Under the pieces are notes generated by a model. That model was given only the letters and a program-made list of their open reading frames with translations. It searched no databases and was not told where the DNA came from. Shown one piece after another: positions 19,473 through 27,808 of a stretch of 48,728 bases of DNA (positions are counted from its first letter, which is position 1; each line of letters starts with the position of its first letter). Source of the stretch: Janthinobacterium sp. (GTDB taxonomy: Bacteria; Pseudomonadota; Gammaproteobacteria; Burkholderiales; Burkholderiaceae_D); NCBI GenBank assembly GCA_036009485.1, contig DASYLQ010000316.1, forward strand, positions 1-48,728. Reading direction: 5' to 3'. The translations under genes were made by a program, and so were the position numbers.

Positions 19473-21203
19473 ATGAATAAAAAAAGGCAGTTCTTTCCCC
19501 GGCAAGTAGTGGAAGCGGGCGGCAACCGCTGGGACTGGGCCCTGCTGCCTATCGTCTTGTCCCTGTTCGTCGTGCTCGCCTACGGCAGCCAGCAGATGGC
19601 GCGCCCCTACCAGTTGGGCGAAGTGCTGCCGCTGTCGCTGGACCCGTTCTACCTGCCGTATTACCTGCTGCGCACCACGCTGCGCATGTTCATCGCGCTG
19701 GGCGCGTCGATGATCTTCAGCTGCGTCTTCGCGGCCCTGACCACCAAGTTCCGCGTCGCCGAAAAAGTGCTGGTGCCGCTGCTCGACGTTCTGCAGTCGA
19801 TCCCCATCCTGGGCTTCCTGTCGATCACCGTGACCGCCTTCATCGCTCTGTTTCCGGGCAACCTGCTGGGCGTCGAATGCGCGGCGATCTTCGCCATCTT
19901 CACTTCGCAAGCCTGGAACATGGCGTTCAGCGCCTACCAGGGCTTCCGCACCGTGCCGGCCGAATTGTCCGAGGCGGCCAGCGTATTCCAGCTGTCGGGC
20001 TGGCAGCGCTTCTGGCGCTTGCAACTGCCGTACGCCATGCCCGGCCTGCTGTGGAATATGATGATGTCGATGTCGGGCGGCTGGTTTTTCGTCGTCGCCT
20101 CGGAAGCGATCTCGGTATCCAACCAAAACATCAAGCTGCCCGGCATCGGCTCGTATATCGCCCAGGCCATCGAGCTGAAGGACTTGCACGCGATCGGCTG
20201 GGCCATCGGCACCATGTTGATCGGCGTGCTGCTGTACGACCAGCTGTTTTTCCGTCCGCTGCTGGCCTGGGCCGACAAGTTCCGCTTCGAGGAAACCGGC
20301 AGCGACACGGCGCAGCAATCCTGGTTGCTGACCTGGTTGCGCCGCACCGAACGCACGCAAAGCCTGGTCGCCACCTTCGCCAAGCTGCTGGAACGCTCCT
20401 TTTCGATGTTCCAGCTGCGCCACGACGGCACCTCGATCCGCGCCCGCCCGCAGCAGCAGTCGCTGGCACCGCAGCGCTTTTGGGACGCCGCCATCGCCGC
20501 CGTGGTGTTTTATGCGATCTGGCGCCTGGCCCATTTCATCCTGTCCGAAGTGGGCATGGCGGAAGTCGCGCACGTGGTCTTGTTGGGCATTTACACTTTG
20601 TGCCGGGTCATCTTGCTGCTGTTCCTGGCGGCCCTGGTCTGGGTCCCGGTCGGGGTCTGGATCGGCATGAACCCGCGCCTGGCCGGCCGCGTGCAGGCGG
20701 TGGCGCAATTCCTCGCCGCCTTCCCGGCCAACCTGATGTTCCCGGTGGCGGTGGTGGCCATCGTCCGCTTCCACCTGAGTCCCGACATCTGGCTGTCGCC
20801 GCTGATGATCCTGGGCACCCAGTGGTATCTGCTGTTTAACGTCATCGCCGGCGCCTCCACCATCCCGACCGAATTGCGCCACGCCGCGCAAAATTTCGGC
20901 CTGAGCGGCTGGCTGAAATGGCGCCGCTACCTGCTGCCGGCGATCTTCCCCAGTTTCGTCACCGGCGCCATCACCGCCACCGGCGGTTCCTGGAACGCCA
21001 GCATCGTCGCCGAATACGTCAGTTGGGGCGACACCACGCTGCAGGCGCATGGCCTGGGCAGTTACATCGCCGCCATGACCGCCACCGGCGACTTTCCGCG
21101 CATCGCGCTGGGAATCGGCGTAATGTGCATCTTCGTCATGGGCTTCAACCATTTTGTCTGGCGCCGCCTGTACCGCATGGCGGAAAGCCGCCTGCACTTT
21201 TAG
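19473..21203 (+). CDS. ABC transporter permease with two fused TM domains (NitT/TauT-like)
   Basis: Two BPD_transp_1-like halves: LQSIPILGF...ELSEAASVFQLSGWQRF and LAAFPANL...ELRHAAQNFGLSGWLKW. ATG at 19473. Confidence 0.9.
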   Translation: MNKKRQFFPRQVVEAGGNRWDWALLPIVLSLFVVLAYGSQQMARPYQLGEVLPLSLDPFYLPYYLLRTTLRMFIALGASMIFSCVFAALTTKFRVAEKVLVPLLDVLQSIPILGFLSITVTAFIALFPGNLLGVECAAIFAIFTSQAWNMAFSAYQGFRTVPAELSEAASVFQLSGWQRFWRLQLPYAMPGLLWNMMMSMSGGWFFVVASEAISVSNQNIKLPGIGSYIAQAIELKDLHAIGWAIGTMLIGVLLYDQLFFRPLLAWADKFRFEETGSDTAQQSWLLTWLRRTERTQSLVATFAKLLERSFSMFQLRHDGTSIRARPQQQSLAPQRFWDAAIAAVVFYAIWRLAHFILSEVGMAEVAHVVLLGIYTLCRVILLLFLAALVWVPVGVWIGMNPRLAGRVQAVAQFLAAFPANLMFPVAVVAIVRFHLSPDIWLSPLMILGTQWYLLFNVIAGASTIPTELRHAAQNFGLSGWLKWRRYLLPAIFPSFVTGAITATGGSWNASIVAEYVSWGDTTLQAHGLGSYIAAMTATGDFPRIALGIGVMCIFVMGFNHFVWRRLYRMAESRLHF

Positions 21204-21218
21204 CATCGAGGAATTGAT

Positions 21219-22529
21219 ATGAGCACTCCTATCGTCGAATTGAAGTCGGTCGGCAAATTCTTCCGCTCGGCCGACGGCAGCGCCCGTTCCGTGCTGGAAG
21301 GCGTCGACTTCGCGCTGCACGAAGGCGAGATCGTCGCGCTGCTTGGCCAGTCCGGTTCGGGCAAGTCGACCATGCTGCGCATCATGGCCGGCCTGCTGCA
21401 GGCCGACAGCGGCCAGGCCCTGTACCGCGGCCTGCCGCTGTACGGCACCGCGCGCGGCATCCGCATGGTGTTCCAGTCGTTTGCGCTGTTCCCCTGGCTG
21501 ACGGTGCAAAAGAATGTCGAGCTGGGCCTGGAAGCGCAGGGTACGCCGGTGGCCGAGCGCGAGCGCCGCGCCGAAAAGGTGATCGACTTGATCGGCCTGT
21601 CCGGCTTCGAGGGCGCGCTGCCGCGCGAGCTGTCGGGCGGCATGCGCCAGCGCGTCGGCATCGCCCGCGCGCTGGTGATGGAGCCCGAAGTGCTGCTGAT
21701 GGACGAAGCCTTTTCCGCCCTCGACGTGCTCACCGGCGAGCGCTTGCGCGAAGAGATCCTGGAACTGTGGGAATCGGGCCAGATCCCGACCAAGGCGATC
21801 CTGGTGGTGTCGCACAATATCGAGGAAGCGGTGATGATGGCCGACCGCGTGCTGATCTTCGCCAGCGACCCGGGCCGGGTGCGCGCCGAGCTGCCGATCT
21901 CGCTGCCGCAGCCGCGCAACGCCGCCAGCCCCGAAGTGCGGGCATTGATCGACAAGGTCTATGAATTGATGACGGCCGGCGCCGCGCGTCCGGGCTTGAT
22001 CAGCGAGAAGGAAGTCAAGCTGCAGCTGGGCGACCGCCTGCCGCAGGCCGACATCTCGCACATGGAAGGCATCCTCGAACTATTGGCCGAGGAACCGTTC
22101 AACGGCCGCGCCGACTTGCCGCAACTGGCCGAGGAAACCGAGCTGACCGACGCCGAATTGCTGGAAGTGCTGAATGCGCTGATCCTGCTCGGCTTCGCCT
22201 ACCTGACCAATGGCGACATCCTGATCACGCAACTGGGCACGCTGTATTGCGAGGCCAAGAATATCGAGCGCCAGGAGATTTTCGGCCGCCAGTTGCTGGA
22301 GCACGTGCCGCTGGTGGCGTATATCTGCCACGGCCTGCAGCAAGACCGCTCCGGCGACTTGCCGGAAGACCTGTTCCTGAAACTGCTGCGCTTCACGCTC
22401 AACGAGGAAGAGGCCGAGCGCGCGCTGCGCGTGGCGATCGAGTGGGGCCGCTACGGCGACCTGTTCGAGTATAACTTCAATACCGGCGTGATCCAGCTGC
22501 CCAAGGACGACAGCCCGGACGAGGACTAA
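21219..22529 (+). CDS. NitT/TauT-type ABC ATP-binding protein with C-terminal AAA-associated extension
   Basis: GQSGSGKST, VFQSFALFPW, LSGGMRQR, LLMDEAFSALD, VSHNIEEA, plus about 170-aa C-terminal domain (GRADLPQLA...WGRYGDLFEY). GAGG SD. Confidence 0.92.
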   Translation: MSTPIVELKSVGKFFRSADGSARSVLEGVDFALHEGEIVALLGQSGSGKSTMLRIMAGLLQADSGQALYRGLPLYGTARGIRMVFQSFALFPWLTVQKNVELGLEAQGTPVAERERRAEKVIDLIGLSGFEGALPRELSGGMRQRVGIARALVMEPEVLLMDEAFSALDVLTGERLREEILELWESGQIPTKAILVVSHNIEEAVMMADRVLIFASDPGRVRAELPISLPQPRNAASPEVRALIDKVYELMTAGAARPGLISEKEVKLQLGDRLPQADISHMEGILELLAEEPFNGRADLPQLAEETELTDAELLEVLNALILLGFAYLTNGDILITQLGTLYCEAKNIERQEIFGRQLLEHVPLVAYICHGLQQDRSGDLPEDLFLKLLRFTLNEEEAERALRVAIEWGRYGDLFEYNFNTGVIQLPKDDSPDED

Positions 22530-23671
22530 TACATAAAATTGCCGCCTTGCGTGATGACGGTGAGGTCGACGAAGTCGGACGCATTGTGGTCGGAGTCGCT
22601 GAACTTGACGACGAAGCCGCCCAGGTCGTAGGTGCCCATGGATTCGACCGCGTGGCGGAAGCTGGCCCGCGTCAGTTTGTCGCCGGCGCGCCTGAGCCCC
22701 TCGACGAAGACCTTGGCGGCGATAAAACCTTCCAGGCTGACGAAGCCGGGCTGGCGCCCCGGCTTCAGGTACAGGCGCTGGTATTGCTTGACCAGCGCCA
22801 GCTTGTCGTCGAACGGCGCCGGCACCACTTGCGAAATCATCACGCCGCGCGCCTGCGCCCCCAGCTCCTTCGCCAAGGCCTGGCTGCCGACAAACGAGAT
22901 ATTCCAGAAGTACGGTATCGATTCGGCGTCCTTCGTCATGGCGCGGATGAAGGCCGCGCTGGATTTATAGGCCGACACCATGATGACGGCGCGCGGCTGC
23001 ACGCTCTTCATCCTGGCCACCGCCGCCGCCACGTCTTCGCTGTTGCGCTCCACCGTCGCCACCGCCGTGACCTCGAGCTTGCGCCGTTTCAGCGCGCGCG
23101 TCACGCCTTCCAGGCCGGCCTTGCCATAGGCGTCGTTCTGGTAAAACACGGCGATCTTCCTGACCCCCACGGCATCCAGGTTTTCGACGATTTTCTCCAT
23201 TTCGGCATAGTAGCCGGCGCGGATGTTGAAGATGTTCGGGTTGAACGGTTCGCGCAAGGTCTGGGCCCCGGTCAGCGGCGCGAAGAAGGGAATGTCTTCC
23301 TTCGCCACCAGGGGCAGGGCGGCGTTCGATGTGGGCGTGCCGACATAGCCGAAGAGGGCGAAGGCTTGCTCCTTGTCGATCAGCGTCCTGGTGTTTTTTT
23401 CGGCGCGGTCCGGTTCATAACCGTCGTCCAGGGTCTTCAGCACGATCTGGCGGCCGCCGACGCCGCCCTGGGCATTCACGTAGTCGAAATAGGCCATGGC
23501 GCCGTCGCGCATTTCGATGCCCAGTTGCTGGGCCGGGCCGGTCAGCGCGGCGGACTGGCCCAGGACGATGCTCCTGGCCGTCACGCCGGGAGCGGCCAGG
23601 CAAAAAGAGGTGGGTAGCGCGAGCGACAGCGTGAACAGCAGGCCGGCAAATGGCCGGATGTATCTTGACAT
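22526..23671 (-). CDS. Orphan ABC substrate-binding protein, LivJ/branched-chain amino acid (PBP1) type
   Basis: Signal peptide, LGQSAALTGP, NAQGGVGGR, LDDGYEP, GTPT, YQNDAYG. Convergent with and overlapping the ATPase stop by 4 bp. Confidence 0.88.
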   Translation of the reverse strand: MSRYIRPFAGLLFTLSLALPTSFCLAAPGVTARSIVLGQSAALTGPAQQLGIEMRDGAMAYFDYVNAQGGVGGRQIVLKTLDDGYEPDRAEKNTRTLIDKEQAFALFGYVGTPTSNAALPLVAKEDIPFFAPLTGAQTLREPFNPNIFNIRAGYYAEMEKIVENLDAVGVRKIAVFYQNDAYGKAGLEGVTRALKRRKLEVTAVATVERNSEDVAAAVARMKSVQPRAVIMVSAYKSSAAFIRAMTKDAESIPYFWNISFVGSQALAKELGAQARGVMISQVVPAPFDDKLALVKQYQRLYLKPGRQPGFVSLEGFIAAKVFVEGLRRAGDKLTRASFRHAVESMGTYDLGGFVVKFSDSDHNASDFVDLTVITQGGNFMY

Positions 23672-23826
23672 ATCGACAATCCAATAAAGTGAAGAATGGA
23701 TACAACCGTTTCAAGGCCCAGGCTATCTGTGATTATCTCTTTCTTTATCGCAAGTTAGCAAGAACTGTTTGACATTTCAAGTGTCCGCTCTTGCCGGCAG
23801 CCGAGCATGCCGGCTGGAGATTCAGA

Positions 23827-25113
23827 TCAGGCCAGTTTGGCGAACACCTTGCGCGCGATGGCGATGGTCTCCTCGATCACCGCATCGTCGTGCTGCGCCG
23901 AGACGAAGCCGGCCTCGAACGCGGCCGGGGCGAAATACACGCCGTCATCCAGCATGGCGTGGAAAAAGGCATTGAAGCGGGTGCGGTCGCTGGCCATCAT
24001 TTCGGCGTAGCTGGTCGGGGCTTTTTCGCTGAAGTAGAGGCCGAACATGCCGCCGATGGCATCGGCGCAAAAGGTCACGCCGGCTTCCCGGGCGGCGGCG
24101 CCCAGGCCGGCGGCCAGCTTGGCCGTCTGCGCGCTCAGCGCTTCGTAAAAGCCCGGCGCCTGGATCAACTTCAGGGTCGTCATGCCGGCCGCCACGGCCA
24201 CCGGATTGCCCGACAGCGTGCCGGCCTGGTAGACCGCGCCCAGCGGCGCCATCTTGCCCATCAATTCGGCGCTGCCGCCGAAGGCCGCCACCGGCAAGCC
24301 GCCGCCGATGACCTTGCCCAGCGCGGTCAGGTCGGGCTTGATGCCGTACAAGCCCTGGGCGCCGCCCAGGCCGACGCGGAAGCCGCACATCACTTCGTCG
24401 AAAATCAGCACGGCGCCGTATTCCGTGCACAGGCGCCGCAGCGCCTGCAGGAAGGCCGGCGTGGCCTTCACCAGGTTCATATTGCCGGCGACCGGCTCGA
24501 CGATCACGCAGGCGATCTCGGAACCCATGCCGGCGAAGGCTTGTTCCAGTTGCGCCACGTCGTTATAGTCGAGCACCAGGGTGTGCTTGACGAAGTCTTC
24601 CGGCACGCCGGCGGAAGTCGGGTTGCCGAAGGTGAGCAAGCCGCTGCCGGCCTTCACCAGCAGCGAGTCGGCGTGGCCGTGGTAGCAGCCTTCGAACTTG
24701 ACGATGCGGTCGCGCCCTGTGGCGCCGCGCGCCAGGCGCAGCGCGCTCATGGTCGCCTCGGTGCCGGAAGAGACCAGGCGCACCTGCTCGATCGACGGCA
24801 CCAGCTTGCAGATTTCCTCCGCCATCTCGACTTCGCCCTCGGTCGGGGCGCCGAAACTGAGGCCGCGCGCGGCCGCGTCCTGCACCGCCTTCACCACCTC
24901 GGGATGGGCATGGCCGACGATGGCCGGGCCCCAGGAACCGATGTAGTCGATGTAGCGTTTGCCGTCGGCGTCCCAGAAATACGGCCCTTCGGCGCGGGTG
25001 ATGAAGCGCGGCGTGCCGCCGACGGAGCGGAAGGCGCGCACCGGCGAATTGACGCCGCCCGGGGTGGTGAGCTGGGCGCGGGCGAACAGGGTGTCGTTTT
25101 TCGAAGTCGTCAT
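23827..25113 (-). CDS. hemL: Glutamate-1-semialdehyde 2,1-aminomutase
   Basis: [35 protein letters not shown] lysine [15 protein letters not shown]. Confidence 0.98.
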   Translation of the reverse strand: MTTSKNDTLFARAQLTTPGGVNSPVRAFRSVGGTPRFITRAEGPYFWDADGKRYIDYIGSWGPAIVGHAHPEVVKAVQDAAARGLSFGAPTEGEVEMAEEICKLVPSIEQVRLVSSGTEATMSALRLARGATGRDRIVKFEGCYHGHADSLLVKAGSGLLTFGNPTSAGVPEDFVKHTLVLDYNDVAQLEQAFAGMGSEIACVIVEPVAGNMNLVKATPAFLQALRRLCTEYGAVLIFDEVMCGFRVGLGGAQGLYGIKPDLTALGKVIGGGLPVAAFGGSAELMGKMAPLGAVYQAGTLSGNPVAVAAGMTTLKLIQAPGFYEALSAQTAKLAAGLGAAAREAGVTFCADAIGGMFGLYFSEKAPTSYAEMMASDRTRFNAFFHAMLDDGVYFAPAAFEAGFVSAQHDDAVIEETIAIARKVFAKLA

Positions 25114-25162
25114 GATCGTGTCTTATGGATGAAGTAAATTGCGCTGCCTGGCCCCGGCGCCC

Positions 25163-25999
25163 CTACTGGCGCGGCGGCGGGTGCAGGCGGAAAAAACGGT
25201 TCGGCACCAGGCGGCCCATGCCGAAGCGCTGGGCGTGGGCCAGCGCGCCGGCGGTGAATTCCTGCGCCGCCAGCACCGCTTGCGGCACGTCGTCGCCGCT
25301 GCGCGCCATCAGCGCGGCGAGCGCCGCCGACAGCGTGCTGCCGGCGCCGGCGAAGCTGCCCGGCAGGTGCTGCCACGGATCGTGGCGGATCACGCCGTCG
25401 GCGCCGAACAGGGTGTTGGCGCGCAAGCCGTCGTCGGCGCCGGGGGTCTGCGGCGTGCCGGTCAACAGCACGAATTCGCAGCCCAGTTCCAGCAGGTAGT
25501 CGATGTCGGCCTGGGTGGTGTCTTCATGGTTGGCGTCGCGCCAGGTCTCGGCCAGGCGCTCCAGCTCCACCTGCGACAGCACCAGCAGCGTGGTCTGCGG
25601 GATCAGCAACTGGCGCAGCGCCATCAGGATGTCTTCGCTGTCGAGTCCCTGTTCCGGCAGCGCCGTGATGAAGGGATCGAGGATCAGCGGCACGTCCGGG
25701 TAGTCGGAGACGATTTCGGCGATCGCGGTGACGTGCTCGATGCCTCCCAGGGCGCCGATCTTGATGGCGTCCACCGCCATGTCCTCCAGCAGCACGCGGG
25801 CCTGGTCGGAAACCCAGTCAGGCTCGATTTCCTGGATATCCTCGACGCGCGCGGTGTCGCCGATCAACAACGCGGTGCTGACCGACAGGCCGTGGCAGCC
25901 AAGGGCGGAGAAGGTTGCCAGGTCGGCCTGGACGCCGATCGCGCCGACCGGATCGAAGACGCCGAAGCTTAATATCAGTGGAGAAGTTTGGTTTTGCAC
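25163..25999 (-). CDS. ThiD-like hydroxymethylpyrimidine kinase family protein with degenerate motifs
   Basis: DPVGAIGVQADL, AIKIG, ILDP and GAGSTLSAA align to the ThiD/ribokinase fold. GTG start. Confidence 0.8.
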   Translation of the reverse strand: MQNQTSPLILSFGVFDPVGAIGVQADLATFSALGCHGLSVSTALLIGDTARVEDIQEIEPDWVSDQARVLLEDMAVDAIKIGALGGIEHVTAIAEIVSDYPDVPLILDPFITALPEQGLDSEDILMALRQLLIPQTTLLVLSQVELERLAETWRDANHEDTTQADIDYLLELGCEFVLLTGTPQTPGADDGLRANTLFGADGVIRHDPWQHLPGSFAGAGSTLSAALAALMARSGDDVPQAVLAAQEFTAGALAHAQRFGMGRLVPNRFFRLHPPPRQ

Positions 26000-26056
26000 G
26001 GCGGGTAGATTAAGATACCTAATTCAGCATTTTACTTGATTGAAGGGTGACAGAAC

Positions 26057-26245
26057 GTGAGTAGTAACGATACGCAGCAATTCCAGACCTGGATGTGCCT
26101 CATTTGCGGCTGGGTCTACGACGAGGCGGCCGGCTTGCCGGACGAGGGCATCGCGCCCGGAACCCGCTGGACCGACGTGCCGATGAACTGGACCTGTCCG
26201 GAATGCGGGGCTAGAAAAGACGACTTTGAAATGGTGGCGATCTAA
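26057..26245 (+). CDS. Rubredoxin
   Basis: WMCLICGWVYDE...GIAPGTRW..VP.NWTCPECG with two CxxC motifs. Confidence 0.95.
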   Translation: MSSNDTQQFQTWMCLICGWVYDEAAGLPDEGIAPGTRWTDVPMNWTCPECGARKDDFEMVAI

Positions 26246-26308
26246 GGCCACACCGGCCTCCCGTGCAATCGTGCTGCTTCATGTTTTGTGTTACTCTCAA
26301 CCAACATT

Positions 26309-26734
26309 ATGACGACAACGCCGCAACCCATCACCGCGAACCAGGCCGGCCTGAAGATCATGGTGATCGACGACAGCAGCACGATCCGCCGTTCGGCCGA
26401 GATCTTCCTCAGCCAGGCTGGCTACCAAGTGGTGCTGGCCGAGGATGGCTTCGACGCGCTGGCGAAGATCGCCGATCACCATCCGGCGCTGATTTTTTGC
26501 GACATCCTGATGCCGCGCCTGGACGGTTACCAGACCTGCGCGCTGATCAAGAAGAGCGCGAAATTCCATGCCACGCCGGTGCTGATGCTGTCGTCCAAGG
26601 ATGGCCTGTTCGACCGCGCCCGCGGCGCCATGGTCGGCTCGGCGGCTTACCTGACCAAGCCGTTCACCAAGGACAGCCTGCTGGCCGCCGTGCGCGAGCA
26701 TGCCGCCGACGCGGCGGCGCCCCCGAATTCATGA
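26309..26734 (+). CDS. pilG: PilG-like single-domain response regulator
   Basis: IDDSSTIRRSAE, DGFDAL, DILMPRLDGYQTCALIK, SSKDGLFDRARG. First gene of the Pil-Chp cluster. Confidence 0.9.
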   Translation: MTTTPQPITANQAGLKIMVIDDSSTIRRSAEIFLSQAGYQVVLAEDGFDALAKIADHHPALIFCDILMPRLDGYQTCALIKKSAKFHATPVLMLSSKDGLFDRARGAMVGSAAYLTKPFTKDSLLAAVREHAADAAAPPNS

Positions 26735-26763
26735 AAACACCAGAAAGCAGCAGGGATAAACCT

Positions 26764-27129
26764 ATGGCCATACACCGCATCCTGATCGTCGACGACTCGC
26801 CGACCGAACGTTACTATTTGACCGATATCCTGGTGCGCGGCGGGTATTCCGTCAGCACCGCCGAAAACGGCCAGGAAGCGCTCGACAAGATTCGCGCCGA
26901 AAAGCCGGAGCTGATCCTGATGGACGTCGTCATGCCGGGCGCGAACGGCTTCCAGGTGACGCGCTCGATCGCCCGCGACCCGGCCCTGAAGGATGTCCCG
27001 GTCATCATCTGCTCCAGCAAGGACCAGGAGACCGACCGCATCTGGGGCTTGCGCCAGGGCGCGCGCGACTACCTGGTGAAGCCGGTCGACCCGGCCGAGC
27101 TGCTGGCCAAGATCGCCGCCCTCGGCTAG
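26764..27129 (+). CDS. pilH: PilH-like single-domain response regulator
   Basis: ILIVDDSPTE, MDVVMPG.NGFQ.TR, KDQETDRIWGLRQGA, KP. ATG at 26764. Confidence 0.9.
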   Translation: MAIHRILIVDDSPTERYYLTDILVRGGYSVSTAENGQEALDKIRAEKPELILMDVVMPGANGFQVTRSIARDPALKDVPVIICSSKDQETDRIWGLRQGARDYLVKPVDPAELLAKIAALG

Positions 27130-27132
27130 CCG

Positions 27133-27705
27133 ATGACGCCGGACGACAAGGCCGTTCCCCTTCAGCCGCGCGGACCCGCGCCCGACGGCGCCGAGCGCCG
27201 CAGCCGGCTGCGCCAGTACCAGGTGCAGTTGATGGAGCGCATGCAGGCGGCCAGGAGCGGCAGCGCGGCGGCCGGCAAGGAACTCGGCCTGGTGATCGGC
27301 CAGGAGCGCTGCCTGCTCGACCTGACCCAGGTCGGCGAGATCGTGCCGGCGCCGGCCATCAGCCCGGTGCCGCTGGCGCAGGACTGGTACCTGGGCCTGG
27401 CGAATATTCGCGGCAACCTGACCGGCATCGTCGACCTGGCGCGCTATCGCGGCACGCCGGCCGGCCAGCCGGGATCGGACAGCCGCGTCGTCACCTTCGG
27501 CGCCGGCCTCGGTTTCAATTGCGCGCTGCTGGCGACGCGCGTGCTGGGCCTGCGCGACCTGGCGGCGATGCGGGCCGAGGAGGACGACCCCATGGCCGCC
27601 GACTGGGCGCGCCAGCGCTTCAGCGACGCCGAGTCGCAGCGCTGGACCAGGATAGACCTGGCGCTGCTGGTGCGCGAGGCGCGCTTCCTGCACGTCGCTC
27701 TGTAG
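27133..27705 (+). CDS. pilI: CheW-like coupling protein PilI
   Basis: VPLAQDWYLGLANIRGNL..IVDL CheW signature. Lies between pilH and the MCP. Confidence 0.88.
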   Translation: MTPDDKAVPLQPRGPAPDGAERRSRLRQYQVQLMERMQAARSGSAAAGKELGLVIGQERCLLDLTQVGEIVPAPAISPVPLAQDWYLGLANIRGNLTGIVDLARYRGTPAGQPGSDSRVVTFGAGLGFNCALLATRVLGLRDLAAMRAEEDDPMAADWARQRFSDAESQRWTRIDLALLVREARFLHVAL

Positions 27706-27808
27706 CGCCGCGATTCGCTTTTTTTTATTTATCCTTATACAAGAAGTTTGAAGAAGTCCGAAGACGTTCGCGCCACCGCAAGGCGGCGACCCAAAGGGAG
27801 ATGGTGTT

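Noticed and set aside
19413-22061. 882-aa antisense ORF over the ABC genes
   Set aside because: Shadow ORF caused by high-GC codon bias. No motifs, and it fully overlaps well-supported genes.
27741-27790. c-di-GMP (GEMM) riboswitch before pilJ
   Set aside because: A GNRA hairpin is present but I could not find the conserved two-hairpin GEMM core.
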